Shown piece after piece: positions 17,523-28,033 of a stretch of 64,000 nucleotides of DNA. Below the pieces are notes generated by a model. The model was not told where the DNA came from. It searched no databases and saw nothing but the letters and a program-made list of their open reading frames with translations. Positions within the stretch are counted from its first letter, which is position 1, and each line of letters begins with the position of its first letter. The DNA lies in contig DASTBI010000158.1 in the NCBI GenBank assembly GCA_035712145.1, forward strand, positions 74,945 through 138,944, in the 5' to 3' direction. The position numbers were made by a program, and so were the translations under genes. This DNA is from Candidatus Eiseniibacteriota bacterium. GTDB taxonomy: Bacteria > Eisenbacteria > RBG-16-71-46.

Positions 17523-18728
17523 TCAGCCGACTCCCGCCGCCGCGGCGCGATGGCGGATGAGGCTCGCGGCCTCCGCCACGTCCTCGCGGCGCGTGGCGAG
17601 CGACAACCGCACCCGGTCGCCGAACTCCGGCCCAAAGGCGGTTCCGGGCAGCACGGCCACGCCGAAGCTCAGCCACTCGTCGACCAGCGCCCAGATGTCG
17701 CGCTCCTGACGGGCGGCCGATACGTCGGCGAACGCGTAGAAGGCGCCGCGCGGAGCGGGAACGGTGACCGCCGCACAGCCCTCCAGGCCGGTGAGCAACA
17801 GGTCGCGGCGCTCTTCGTAGGCTCTGCGCATGCGATCGACGTCGTCCTGAGGGCCGGTGACCGCGGCCAGGGCGGCGCGCTGAACCGAAGGAAAGACGCC
17901 GTGCGTGGTGTAGAAGGCGAGCAGCGGCCCCATCACGGGCCGCAACGCAGGCGGCGAGACCACATAGCCGATGCGCCACCCCGTCATGGCGTAGGACTTC
18001 GACATCGTGAACACGCTCACCGTGCGCTCGGCCATTCCGGGCAGCGACGCGATGCTCACGTGCGCTGCCCCGTCGAACAGAAGGTGCTCATAGGCCTCGT
18101 CGCTCACGACCCATAGATCCCGCGCCACCGCCACCTCGGCGATCGCCGCGAGCTGGTCGCGAGAGAGCACGGCGCCGGTCGGATTGTTCGGCGTGTTGAG
18201 GTAGATGCCGCGCGTGTCCGGCTCGATGGCCTCCTCGAGCCGGGCCTTGAATGCCACGGGGTCCAGACGATTCTCGAGCAGGTCGAGATAACAGGGCAGG
18301 GATCGGTAGCGCGCGCCGTGGACGAAGCCGACCAGCTTCGGAATCGCCATCCAGTGCGGCGAGAGCACCAGCACTTCCTCACCCGAGCCGAGCACGGACT
18401 GGAACACGAGGAACAGTCCGTGGGTGCCGCCGTTGGTGAGCACCACGTCATCGGGCTCGCAGCGAATCCCGTTCTCCCGGGCCAGCTTCTCGACCAGCGC
18501 TTCGCGCAGGGCCTTCACGCCGCGCTGATCCGGATAGTGGGTGTCGCCCGCTCGCGCCGCGGAGCACAACGCCTCGACGATATGCGGAGGCGTGTCGAAA
18601 TCCGGCTCGCCGCGCTCGAGATGAAGGATGCGCTCGCCGGCTTGTTCCCGGGCGCGGGCGGCGGCCATGACCTTGCCGAGCTCGGAGGTCATGCGCAGGA
18701 CGGGGCGATCGGCGACCAGGCGGGGCAT
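17523..18728 (-). CDS. PLP-dependent aminotransferase, class I (aspartate aminotransferase family)
   Basis: SKSYAMTGWRIGY PLP-lysine motif, NPTG motif. ATG at 18728 preceded by AGGAGG. Confidence 0.85.
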   Translation of the reverse strand: MPRLVADRPVLRMTSELGKVMAAARAREQAGERILHLERGEPDFDTPPHIVEALCSAARAGDTHYPDQRGVKALREALVEKLARENGIRCEPDDVVLTNGGTHGLFLVFQSVLGSGEEVLVLSPHWMAIPKLVGFVHGARYRSLPCYLDLLENRLDPVAFKARLEEAIEPDTRGIYLNTPNNPTGAVLSRDQLAAIAEVAVARDLWVVSDEAYEHLLFDGAAHVSIASLPGMAERTVSVFTMSKSYAMTGWRIGYVVSPPALRPVMGPLLAFYTTHGVFPSVQRAALAAVTGPQDDVDRMRRAYEERRDLLLTGLEGCAAVTVPAPRGAFYAFADVSAARQERDIWALVDEWLSFGVAVLPGTAFGPEFGDRVRLSLATRREDVAEAASLIRHRAAAAGVG

Positions 18729-18879
18729 CGGAGTCCTCCTGAGGAAGTTCGTCCGGTTCAACTCTAGCACGCCGCCGCGACGGTCCTAAGCCCCGGTGCT
18801 CGCTGGTCTTGGGGCGGCACACGGATTGCCTGACACGAGAGCGAAGCGCCCGTGCCCAACACGCGAAGGACCGCGAGCC

Positions 18880-20226
18880 ATGTCGAAGTTCGATCTACGA
18901 GACATCTCCCAGCGTTTGTCCGCCTCCAGGGACACCGAGGCGGTGGTCTCCGAATTCCTCGGCTATCTCCAGGACGTACGGCCTGATTGGCGGGCCTCGC
19001 TGTCCTTCTATGAAGTCAGCCGGGACGCGCTGGTGAACGTGTACACGCGCCACGGCGCGAACCTGATGCGCCGAGACGTCACCGTTCCCGTCGATCAGCT
19101 GCCTCCGCGGCTCGTGCGAAAGTTCTTCCACCCCAGTGCATTTTTCAATGCTCCGGAAAAACGCTCGATCCTGGCCAACCTGTTCAAGGCCTCGCCGTTC
19201 TTCGAGCCCGATCAGCACGAGGCCATGGCCATCCAACCGTTGTGCTTTCACCCATCCTGGAACGGCTGCGTCTGCCTGCCGCTCGCCGACCAGGAGGACC
19301 TGCTCGCGCTGCTGACGATCATCAGCGAGAAGAAGGGCGCATTCGGCGGCCGCGCGATGGACGACGTCGTGCCTCTCAAGAACATGGCGGCGCTCGCGCT
19401 GGCTCAGCGCCTGTACCGCTCGGCGCGCCGGGCGGGGGTGCCCGAGAGCCCCAAGGCGGCCGCCAGCGAGTTCCAGGATCGCATCCGTGCGATCCACAGC
19501 GAACCCACCGACCTCGCCGAGCAGAACCAGATCAAAGCGGACCAGCTCGAGCAGCTGAATCGCGAGCTCGAAACACTCGACCGCAGCTCGAACGAGTACC
19601 AGCAAGAGCTCGAGCGGGTGAAGAACCAGCTGTTCGCGCTCGAGGAACAGTCGTCCGCCGCCGCCGAGCACTTGCGCGAGGCGCAGACGCAGGTGAGTGA
19701 AGCGAAGGGCCGGGTCGCCGAGCTGCAGCGGACCATCGGCTTCATGAAGGAAGTCTTCCAGGTGCTGGGCCAGGAGTACGACAGCGACGAGTTCTCCCGC
19801 ACCATGGTGACCTGGTTCTGCGAACACTTCCGGGTCGAGCGCTGCAGTCTGATGAAGCTCGAGGAGAGCCACCACACGCTCCACATCGCCGCCTCCCGGG
19901 GCGTCGATCCAGGCGTCGCCGAACAGGTGAGGGTTCGTCTCGGTCAAGGCATCGCGGGCTGGGTGGCTCACCACCGAAAGCCTCTGCTGATGCGGGTGAA
20001 GAGCGACGAGAGCCCGGTTCAGCACACCCACCAGGACGCCTACAACTCGGACTCCTTCGTCAGCGTGCCGATGGTCTTCAACAGCCGCCTCGCCGGGGTC
20101 CTGAACCTGAGCAACAAGGCGGGCGGAGCGCCGTTCGACGAGTTGGATCTCGACCGAGCGATGCTGGCGGCTTCCGTGCTCGCCATGATCCTCGGCAGCC
20201 GCGATCTGGCGCGGGGCGCCGCCTAG
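18880..20226 (+). CDS. Tandem GAF-domain protein with central coiled-coil
   Basis: Two GAF-like segments flanking a Q/E/L-rich coiled coil (ELETLDRSSNEYQQELERVKNQL...). Confidence 0.65.
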   Translation: MSKFDLRDISQRLSASRDTEAVVSEFLGYLQDVRPDWRASLSFYEVSRDALVNVYTRHGANLMRRDVTVPVDQLPPRLVRKFFHPSAFFNAPEKRSILANLFKASPFFEPDQHEAMAIQPLCFHPSWNGCVCLPLADQEDLLALLTIISEKKGAFGGRAMDDVVPLKNMAALALAQRLYRSARRAGVPESPKAAASEFQDRIRAIHSEPTDLAEQNQIKADQLEQLNRELETLDRSSNEYQQELERVKNQLFALEEQSSAAAEHLREAQTQVSEAKGRVAELQRTIGFMKEVFQVLGQEYDSDEFSRTMVTWFCEHFRVERCSLMKLEESHHTLHIAASRGVDPGVAEQVRVRLGQGIAGWVAHHRKPLLMRVKSDESPVQHTHQDAYNSDSFVSVPMVFNSRLAGVLNLSNKAGGAPFDELDLDRAMLAASVLAMILGSRDLARGAA

Positions 20227-20768
20227 CGCCTTCGCGACCGCGCGGGCGCCCGAATCCGAACCGCTGGAATGGCGGCGTCGCGAAGCTCATCGAGCGCCCG
20301 TCGATGCGCGGCGAAGGCGATGCGGCGCGGGAGGCGCGAGAGCCGCCAGTAGCGCGCATCGATCGCATCGTCTCCCGGCTTGAGCCGGCCCCCGGTGCGC
20401 TCGGCGGTGTAGAGAATCAGCACCGCCCGGACACGCGGATCGTCGAATCCGGCGTAGACGCCGAACAGACCGGTGAGCCGCGCCGAGAGACCGGTCTCCT
20501 CGAACAACTCGCGCAGCGCGCAGCGCTCGGGAGACTCCCCGTACTCCATGAAGCCGGCGGGCACGCACCAGGCGCCGGCGGCCGGCTCGAACTTCCGCTT
20601 CACCAGCAGGACGCCGCCACTCTTGCGTAGCAGGATGCCGGCGGCGGGAGCGGGATTGCGGTAGTGAATGTGCCCGCATTCGGGGCACGTGGCCCGAGGC
20701 CGGCCATGATCGTCGCGCCTCACCAGCCGGGTGCCGCAGCGAATGCAGTAGCGAAGGCGATGCGACAT
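20223..20768 (-). CDS. NUDIX hydrolase with N-terminal zinc ribbon
   Basis: CIRCG...CPECG zinc ribbon. Nudix box GFMEYGESPERCALRELFEETG. Confidence 0.8.
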   Translation of the reverse strand: MSHRLRYCIRCGTRLVRRDDHGRPRATCPECGHIHYRNPAPAAGILLRKSGGVLLVKRKFEPAAGAWCVPAGFMEYGESPERCALRELFEETGLSARLTGLFGVYAGFDDPRVRAVLILYTAERTGGRLKPGDDAIDARYWRLSRLPRRIAFAAHRRALDELRDAAIPAVRIRAPARSRRR

Positions 20769-20814
20769 GGGAGTGGGCAGACTACGAGCGCGCTCGTGAG
20801 CCGCGCAAGGCCAC

Positions 20815-20836
20815 CCAACGCAGAGCCCGGCCAGCA
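20815..20836 (-). terminator. 9-bp perfect hairpin AGCCCGGCC-AGCA-GGCCGGGCT downstream of the PDZ-protein gene
   Basis: Perfect inverted repeat 40 nt past the stop at 20877, followed on the minus strand by a U-containing segment. Confidence 0.35.
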
Positions 20837-20876
20837 GGCCGGGCTCGCGTGAAGCTCTCGCGGTCTCCAGGCGGAT

Positions 20877-21854
20877 CTAGTCCTCGTCCTCCATGTCGTG
20901 CAGCTTCTCGCGGAGCTGCCGGACCTCTTCGCGCAGCTGACGCAGCTCCTCGCTGTCGCTTTCGCGAGACGCCCGGCGGCGCATCTCGGATTCGCGCGGA
21001 CGGGTGAGGGTCATGCCGCGGCCAGACCGCCCGATCCACATGGGCTCGGGCACTTCTTCGAGCTCGGCCTGGACCGTGCGGCGCGCGCCCTTGCGCATCA
21101 CCGTGATCGAGACATTCCCCTCGTCGCGATCACGCAGCGCATCCACGAGATCGTCGTAGTCGGAGATCCGGTGGCCGCCGACATCGGTGATGACGTCTCC
21201 CGCCCGGAGTCCGGCTTTCTCGGCCGGGCTGTCGTCGATCACCTCGGTGATGAGGACCCCCTTGCCTTCCGGAGCCTCGAAGTAGGTTCCGAGGTCCCCA
21301 CTCAGGGCTTCGACACGGACCCCGAGGCGTCCTCGCCCCGAGCCGCGAAACATGTAGGTGTGAGTGTCGGCGTGACGGCGCATCTCCTTCTTGAAGTCCT
21401 CATCCATCACGTGGGGCAGCTTCTTGAGGTCTTCGAGGTCTTGGAGGTCCGTTTCGTACCGGCTGCCGCGCTCCGCGAGCTGGGCGCTCACGGTGCGGCG
21501 CTGCCCATTGCGCATCAGCGCCACCGAAATGGCCTGCCCGACTTTCGCCGACTGGATGACCTCGGTCAGCTGCTCCGGCGAATTGATGCGCCGCGAATTC
21601 ACGCTGAGCAGAATGTCGCCTTTGCGGATACCCGCCCGGGATGCGGGGCTGTTGCTCACGACCTGCGACACGAGAACTCCTTCGCCTTCGTAGTCGAGGC
21701 CTTCACGCAGTCCTTCGCTGAGGGATTGCGTGCTCACTCCGAGCCAGGGCACCTGCTGGTCCTGAGCGAGCGCCGGCCCGGCGGGGGGACCGGTGAGTCC
21801 GGCCACGAGCATCGTGACCAGCATCAGGCCGCCCCAAATGCCCAGCTTTCGCAT
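20877..21854 (-). CDS. Periplasmic protein with two PDZ domains (no protease domain) and an acidic/basic C-terminal tail
   Basis: Signal peptide. Two PDZ-like segments (GVLVSQVVSNSPASRAGIRKGDILLSVN ; GVLITEVIDDSPAEKAGLRAGDVITDV). ATG at 21854 with AAGGAGGA RBS. Confidence 0.7.
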   Translation of the reverse strand: MRKLGIWGGLMLVTMLVAGLTGPPAGPALAQDQQVPWLGVSTQSLSEGLREGLDYEGEGVLVSQVVSNSPASRAGIRKGDILLSVNSRRINSPEQLTEVIQSAKVGQAISVALMRNGQRRTVSAQLAERGSRYETDLQDLEDLKKLPHVMDEDFKKEMRRHADTHTYMFRGSGRGRLGVRVEALSGDLGTYFEAPEGKGVLITEVIDDSPAEKAGLRAGDVITDVGGHRISDYDDLVDALRDRDEGNVSITVMRKGARRTVQAELEEVPEPMWIGRSGRGMTLTRPRESEMRRRASRESDSEELRQLREEVRQLREKLHDMEDED

Positions 21855-21981
21855 CGTTTTCCTCCTTGTGCTAGCGTCCACGCGTCACCCGCGGGCCTAA
21901 CGGTCGCCAGTATGACGCCTCTACACGCGGCGTGGTTCCCCGAACTTCTCGATCGCGGCCATCCCTGCCCCCAACGAGCCC

Positions 21982-23358
21982 ATGAACGTCAATGAGGTGT
22001 TAAGCCTGCGCCTCACCGACCTCGAGCTGGGCGGCAAGGCCCTGGCGCGGCACGAAGGCAGGGTGGTCTTCGTGGACCGCGGGCTCCCCGGCGACGAGGT
22101 CTCCGCCCGGCTCACCCGTGTGCGCGCGCGTTATGCCGAGGCCAGGCTGGAGCGCATCGACGTGCCCGGCGGCGAGCGCGTGGCGGCTCCCTGTCCGCAT
22201 GTGACTCGCTGCGGAGGATGCCGCTTCCAGGATCTCGACTACTTCGCACAGCTCCGCCTCAAGGAACGGCTCGTGCGCGAGACGCTGATCCACCTCGGAG
22301 GCCTCGAGAACCCGCCGGTTCGAGCCATCGTGCCGGCGCCGGAGATCTTCGGCTATCGGAACAAGATGGAGTTCAGCTTCCATCCCGAGGCCGATGGGGG
22401 CGCCGTCCTCGGCCTGCACGAGCGCGGCACCTTCGACCGCGTGTTCCCCGTCCAGGATTGCCTGCTGCCGAGCCGGCTGACCGTCGACATCGTGCGGCGC
22501 ACACAGGCCTTCGCCGAGCAGCGGCGGTGGCGCGCCTATCATCCTCGTCACCACGTCGGCGACGTTCGGTATCTGGTGGTGCGCCACCTGCCGCACACGG
22601 ATCAGTGCGCGGTCCATCTGGTCTCGGCGGCCGACCACATCGATGGGCTCGAGGAATGGGCGCGCGAGATTTCCGCAATGTCTCCGAGCGTGCGCACGGT
22701 CACGCTGGTCCTCAACCGCTCGCGCGCGAACGTGGCGGCGGGAGAGTCCGAGCGGGTGCTGCAAGGAGACGGGGTGATCGTCGAGCGACTGCAGGGTCTC
22801 GAGTTCAGGGCGACCGCGGGAGCCTTCCTCCAGACCAACAGCCGCCAGGCCGAAGCGCTCTATGCGAAGTCTCTCGAGGCCGCCGATCTGGCGGGCCACG
22901 AGACCGTGCTCGACCTCTACTGCGGGACTGGAACGCTCACCCTGATGCTGGCAAGAGGCGCCCGCGAGGCCGTCGGGGTGGAGAGCGAAGTTCAGGCGAT
23001 CGAGGCCGCCACCAACAACGCCCGGGAGAATCAGGTGGGCAACGCCCGCTTCGTCGCCGGAGAGGCGAGGCGGGTGCTTCGCGAGTGGGCCCGCGGCGAG
23101 CGCCGGGATCCGGTGCGGCCTCAGGTCGTGGTGGTGGACCCGCCACGCGCCGGACTCCATCCGCGGGTCGTGGCGCGAGTGGCCGAGCTGCGCCCGGCTC
23201 GCGTGGTCTACGTGTCATGCAATCCGGCCACGCTGGCCCGTGACCTCAAGGACTTTCGCGGGCTCGGCTACGCGCTCGAGTCCGCGACCCCGTTCGACAT
23301 GTTCCCGCATACGCCCCACATCGAGTGCGTGGCTCGCCTCATCCCGGCGGATCGTTGA
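21982..23358 (+). CDS. rlmD: 23S rRNA (uracil-5)-methyltransferase RlmD/RumA family (TRAM + 4Fe-4S + SAM MTase)
   Basis: TRAM N-terminus. Cys cluster CPHVTRCGGCRFQ. MTase motifs DLYCGTG, VDPPRAG, SCNPATLARD. Confidence 0.85.
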   Translation: MNVNEVLSLRLTDLELGGKALARHEGRVVFVDRGLPGDEVSARLTRVRARYAEARLERIDVPGGERVAAPCPHVTRCGGCRFQDLDYFAQLRLKERLVRETLIHLGGLENPPVRAIVPAPEIFGYRNKMEFSFHPEADGGAVLGLHERGTFDRVFPVQDCLLPSRLTVDIVRRTQAFAEQRRWRAYHPRHHVGDVRYLVVRHLPHTDQCAVHLVSAADHIDGLEEWAREISAMSPSVRTVTLVLNRSRANVAAGESERVLQGDGVIVERLQGLEFRATAGAFLQTNSRQAEALYAKSLEAADLAGHETVLDLYCGTGTLTLMLARGAREAVGVESEVQAIEAATNNARENQVGNARFVAGEARRVLREWARGERRDPVRPQVVVVDPPRAGLHPRVVARVAELRPARVVYVSCNPATLARDLKDFRGLGYALESATPFDMFPHTPHIECVARLIPADR

Positions 23359-23408
23359 CAGAGTCTTCGCATCACCCGCACCGGGGGCTGTGCTACGCTT
23401 CTTCGCTC

Positions 23409-24176
23409 ATGCGTCTCCTCCCGGCCTCTCTCCTCCTCCTCTCGGTCGCCGCCTGGCCGGCCTTCGCACAGTCCTCCGCCGAGGTGATCGACCAAGGCAA
23501 TCTCCTCCTCTATCTGCGGGATCAGCCGATCGGCGCCGAGACCTTCGGCGTCGAAGGCCGCGCCGACAGCATCATCTCGGAGGCGCGCTCCTATCGGAAG
23601 GCGCGCGCGAACAGCACCGACATGATCGAGAAGCAGATGGTCCTGACGGCGAGCCGCAGCGAGTCCGCCCTGCGCTTCTACCAGAGCAACGAGACCGTCC
23701 AGGGAAAGACCTTCATCACCGGGGTGGTGGCCGGGGGTCAGGAGGACACCGCGCTCACCGTCTATCACGAAGAGAGTCAGGGCGCGGGAGTCGCGACGCG
23801 CCTGGTCGCGCCGCCGGGCAGGGTATTCGTGCTGGACTCGGGGATGTATTCGCTGTTCAACCTGATCTGTCTCAATCTCCACGGCAAGACGTTCGACACG
23901 CGCCCGATCACGCTGCTGACCTTGAGCGCGGTGGGTGACACGGTCATCGAGGCCGAGGTCCGCGATCTCGGCAAAGAGAGCATCCGCTGGGGGAGCAAGC
24001 CGGTTCAGGCGCGCAAGCTCCAGCTCAGGGACCGCGGAACCGTCTTCCAGGTCTGGGCGCATCCGACGACCGGGAAGATGCTCCGGCTCGTCCACGAGCC
24101 GACCGGGTTGCGCGTCGAGCGCGAGGCCCCGGCCGTGAAGAAGCGCTCGACCCCGACGCCGAAGCCCGGCGGCTGA
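23409..24176 (+). CDS. Secreted hypothetical protein
   Basis: Signal peptide MRLLPASLLLLSVAAWPAFA. No recognised domain. 3' end overlaps the convergent pepA ORF. Confidence 0.5.
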   Translation: MRLLPASLLLLSVAAWPAFAQSSAEVIDQGNLLLYLRDQPIGAETFGVEGRADSIISEARSYRKARANSTDMIEKQMVLTASRSESALRFYQSNETVQGKTFITGVVAGGQEDTALTVYHEESQGAGVATRLVAPPGRVFVLDSGMYSLFNLICLNLHGKTFDTRPITLLTLSAVGDTVIEAEVRDLGKESIRWGSKPVQARKLQLRDRGTVFQVWAHPTTGKMLRLVHEPTGLRVEREAPAVKKRSTPTPKPGG

Positions 24177-25649
24177 GCCACTCGAGCAGCAGTCGCACGC
24201 CGAATCCAGTCGGTCCCCGCCCCTCGTGCGGGCGGACCACCGGCGACCATGCGGTGCTGGCGATGTCGAGATGGGCCCACCGCATGCCCCGCGCGAAGTG
24301 CTTGAGGAACACCGCAGCGAGGATCGCGCCGCCTTCCCGCGCTCCCGAGGAATTCACCAGGTCCGCGACCTCACCACGCATCTCGGGCGCGTAGTCGTCC
24401 CAGACCGGAAGTCTCCAGATTCTCTCGCCGCTGTCTGCGGAAGCCTGCTCGAGCTCGGAGGCCAGCGCGTCGTCGTCCGTGAACATGCCCGCAGCCAGGT
24501 TCCCCAGCGCGATGCTGACCGCTCCGGTCAGCGTGGCCAGATCCACGACGACCTCGGGCTCATAGCGCCGCGCGTAGCCGAGCGCGTCGGCCAGCACGAG
24601 GCGGCCTTCCGCATCGGTGTTGGTGACCTCGATGGTGGTGCCGTCCATCGCCCGCACGATGTCGCCCGGCTTGAGCGCGCGGCCTCCCGGCATGTTCTCC
24701 GCCAGCGCCAATAGACCGACCACGCGAAACGGCAGGTCCATCTCCGCAAGTGCTGCGAAGGCGCCGAGGACGGCCGCCGCCCCGGACATGTCGTACTTCA
24801 TCTTGCCCATGTTCTCCCGGGGCTTGAGCGAGATGCCTCCCGTGTCGAAGGTGACGCCCTTGCCGATGAGGACCACCGTAGGGGTCTTCGCCGAGCTCCT
24901 GCCGCCGCGCTCGAGAACGACGAACCGGGGCGGATGGACACTTCCGCGACCGACGGCGAGCAGCGCGCCCATGCCGAGCTTCTCGAGCCGCCGCACGTCG
25001 AGCACCTCGACTCGCGTGCCGGCACTCTCGAGCTCGCGCGCGCGGTCCGCGAGCCGCTGCGGCGTGAGATCCTGACCCGGCGTGCTGGCCAGATCCCGAG
25101 CCAGACACGTCCCTTCCGCCCACTGGCGGCCGCGCTCCACGGCGGTCTCGATCGCTCGCGCGACATCCGGCTCGCGCTCGACGATCGTGACCTGGCGCAG
25201 CGGAACGCCCGGCTCGGTGCGATAGGCGGAGAAGCGGTACGCGCCCAGCACCACGCCTTCGGCGGTCGCCTGCGCCGCGCGATCCGGGGGCAGGCCACCG
25301 GACCCAGCGCCGAACACGACGGTCACGAGCGTGCCGGCGCGCATGTCCCTGGCGCGGCGTGACACGGCCGCGGCCGCCAGCCGGGCTCTGGCAAGCGTGA
25401 AGGCCTCGCGCGCGCCGAGACCCACCAGGATCAGGCGTTTCGCCCCGAGCCCCCGTGGATAAATCAACGTCACCTCGAGGAAGCGACCCGTGAAATCTTT
25501 TTGCAGGATCAACCTGCGAACGGCGCCGCGAGTTGCACGATCGACCGCTGCCGCGGCCCCGGTCAGTGGGCGCCCTTCGAAGATTCCGAGCGCCAGGGCG
25601 TCGGATTTCTGGCGGATGATGTTGCCATGGCGGGTGATGACCTTCATCG
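24025..25649 (-). CDS. pepA: Leucyl aminopeptidase (M17) with Arg/Ser-rich C-terminal tail
   Basis: NTDAEGRL M17 signature, VTFDTGGISLKP. ATG at 25649 preceded by AGGAGG. Confidence 0.85.
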
Positions 25650-26018
25650 CGACCTCCTGTCCGGGCCGCGCAGCGTATCGGAAGCTCGACGCCCTCCCAA
25701 GAGGTTCAAACTTCGTCACATCCTGAGACATTCGATGCGCGGTGCACGCCTTTCCTTGAATCTGGGGCCCGGGGCGGGCATGTTTAGCGGCATCGAGCCT
25801 TCGAACCGGAACAGCCGTTGCTTGGGAAACCGGGCATCGCAGCTCGTTGGACTTTCGCTCGTCCTTGGGCGTAATTCCTAGGCGTTCGTCGATCCTTCGC
25901 GAATGGCTCGTCGAGACGTCAGTTCACGCGCTCCCAGGAAGGGGTCGCGGTGGAGCCAGCCCTCGGAGGCTGGCGCCCAATCGAGCCGGCCATGGCGCCG
26001 GCAACCAAAGGAGTGATC

Positions 26019-26804
26019 ATGCGACGCATTTCCCAACTCTTCGGCGCCACCCTGCTCGTGATCGCGGCCGCAGGCTGTGGCGGGAATAAGCAGCAAGCTC
26101 AGGAGTCCTCGGTGGACAGCCTGCTCGCGACGAACCCGTCGGAGCAGACGTCCGGGGACATCACGCCTCAGCAGGAGTATCAGCAGCAGCCCGAAGCGCC
26201 TCCGGTCTCCACTCCGGTGAGGCCCGCGGCGACGCGCCCGCGCACGACGACGACGCGGCCGGCCAGCTCGACCCGTGCCTCGCAGTCGGAGCAACCCGGA
26301 GTGACCCTGCCCTCGGGCACCCCCATCAAGGTTGCAGTCTCCGCGCGCGTCACGTCCGAGACCGCGCAGCCCGGAGATACCTGGACCGGAAGCGTGCAGG
26401 AGCCGGTGGTCGTGGGTGACCGAATCGTGATCCCGGCGGGCAGCACCGTCACCGGCGTCGTGAGCGGCGCCAAGGCGGCCGAGAAGGGCAGCCGCGCCTT
26501 CCTCGTCATGTCGGTGAAGTCGATCGACGTCAATGGCCGGAGCTATGCGGTGTCGGCGAGCGCCGACAGCCTGATCGCAGGCTCCACGCGGGCTCGGAAC
26601 GTCGGCGCCGTCGCGGGCGGCGCTGCGGCGGGCGCGCTGCTCGGCAAGGCGATCGGGGGCAGCGGCAAGGGCGCTCTGATCGGCGGCCTGATCGGCGCCG
26701 CGGGCGCGACCGGTGCGGTCGCGGCCTCGAAGGGCTACCAGGTGGAGGTCAAGGAAGGCGCCGAGATGACCTTCAACGTCAACCAGTCGGTGACCATGCG
26801 CTGA
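26019..26804 (+). CDS. Lipoprotein with C-terminal glycine-zipper (Gly-zipper_2TM-like) domain
   Basis: Lipobox LVIAAAGC. C-terminal GAVAGGAAAGALLGKAIGGSGKGALIGGLIGAAGATGA glycine zipper. Confidence 0.6.
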   Translation: MRRISQLFGATLLVIAAAGCGGNKQQAQESSVDSLLATNPSEQTSGDITPQQEYQQQPEAPPVSTPVRPAATRPRTTTTRPASSTRASQSEQPGVTLPSGTPIKVAVSARVTSETAQPGDTWTGSVQEPVVVGDRIVIPAGSTVTGVVSGAKAAEKGSRAFLVMSVKSIDVNGRSYAVSASADSLIAGSTRARNVGAVAGGAAAGALLGKAIGGSGKGALIGGLIGAAGATGAVAASKGYQVEVKEGAEMTFNVNQSVTMR

Positions 26805-27067
26805 GACGCACTCGGGAGTCTTGGATCGGGGTGGGCGACGAGCCCACCCCGATTCATTTGAGCTCGACCGTCCCGGCTGGACCGCGAAGAGACCTCCGAG
26901 TGGACGAGGAGGTACAATCGGAGCGATCCTTCAGGCGCCGCGCTGATGTGGCTCAATGGCTTGCGGTCGCGACGCCCATGGCACATCGACTGCACAGGTC
27001 CATCCACCCGGAACCTGCCCTCTTTGCACGACTTCGGCGCCTCGCGGGCGCCCTGGATGGAGGTCTC

Positions 27068-27985
27068 ATGAGCTTCGCGCGTCGCTGGACACTCGCCATC
27101 CCCCTCTTGGCGCTCCTCTCGATCGGATGTGGAAGCAAGGATCCCCTGGCTCCCACGTCTTCCGGCGAGACGGAGGCCCGGCAAACCGCCACCGAAGAGC
27201 TGTCCCGTCATCCCGAGCTGGTCGACGACGGGCTCTACGACATTCAGACCCAGGCGCAGACCGAGGTGGAGGCCGGGACGTCGTCGGCCATCGATCCTCT
27301 CTTCTTCTGGAGAGACATCCGCCGGGTGACCCGGACCCACGAGGTCGCGTTCGCCGATACCGATTCCACGGGTCAGCCGGCCACCGCCATCGTCACCGTC
27401 CACAAGCGTCTCGCCGGTTCCTTCAACATCGTCGTCGGCGACCGCGGGGAAGAAGGGAGCCCGGCCGACGGCCATGTGATCCACAAGCCGCTTCGCGATC
27501 ACTGGGTGCGGCGCATCCTGCTCAAGCGCGTGGCCCGCATCGATGGCCGTGAGCGGCGGCCCTGGCGCGTGGCGGCGGTGTCGGGAGTGGAAGTGACGTC
27601 GCGCGATGCCCAGACGCGGCTTCAGTCCCTGCGCGTCCAGAGTGGCGATCTCGATACCACGATCACGAATCCGCTGGCCTTCTGGCGGCTGCGGCGCGTC
27701 ATGCAGCTAGAGCCCGAGGCGAGCGTCACGTTGACGGTCACTACCGAGGCATCGGAGGACGTCGTGATCCTCTACGCGCGCGCCCGTCGGGCGCGGTTCC
27801 ACAACAACGGCGACGGGACGCACACCCTCACCTGGACCGTGGGCGCAATGGACGGATTGCGCCATCTGGGAGTCAACGCGCTGTCCCACGGCACGCTGTT
27901 CGACGACGAGGCGCCCTACGACTCGCAGACGTGGATCCTGCCCTACGTCGTGACGCCTACGGAGCTGGCGGACCTGGCTTCCTAG
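27068..27985 (+). CDS. Lipoprotein, hypothetical
   Basis: Lipobox LLSIGC after a positively charged N-terminus. No recognised domain. Confidence 0.5.
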   Translation: MSFARRWTLAIPLLALLSIGCGSKDPLAPTSSGETEARQTATEELSRHPELVDDGLYDIQTQAQTEVEAGTSSAIDPLFFWRDIRRVTRTHEVAFADTDSTGQPATAIVTVHKRLAGSFNIVVGDRGEEGSPADGHVIHKPLRDHWVRRILLKRVARIDGRERRPWRVAAVSGVEVTSRDAQTRLQSLRVQSGDLDTTITNPLAFWRLRRVMQLEPEASVTLTVTTEASEDVVILYARARRARFHNNGDGTHTLTWTVGAMDGLRHLGVNALSHGTLFDDEAPYDSQTWILPYVVTPTELADLAS

Positions 27986-28033
27986 GCCGGCGCTTGGAAT
28001 GGGCGCGGGCGGTCCGAGCGATCGCCCGCGCGC

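Noticed and set aside
25650-25731. Upstream extension of the pepA ORF (MSQDVTKFEP…)
   Set aside because: M17 homology begins at MKVITRHG (ATG 25649), which has an AGGAGG RBS. The upstream extension lacks similarity.
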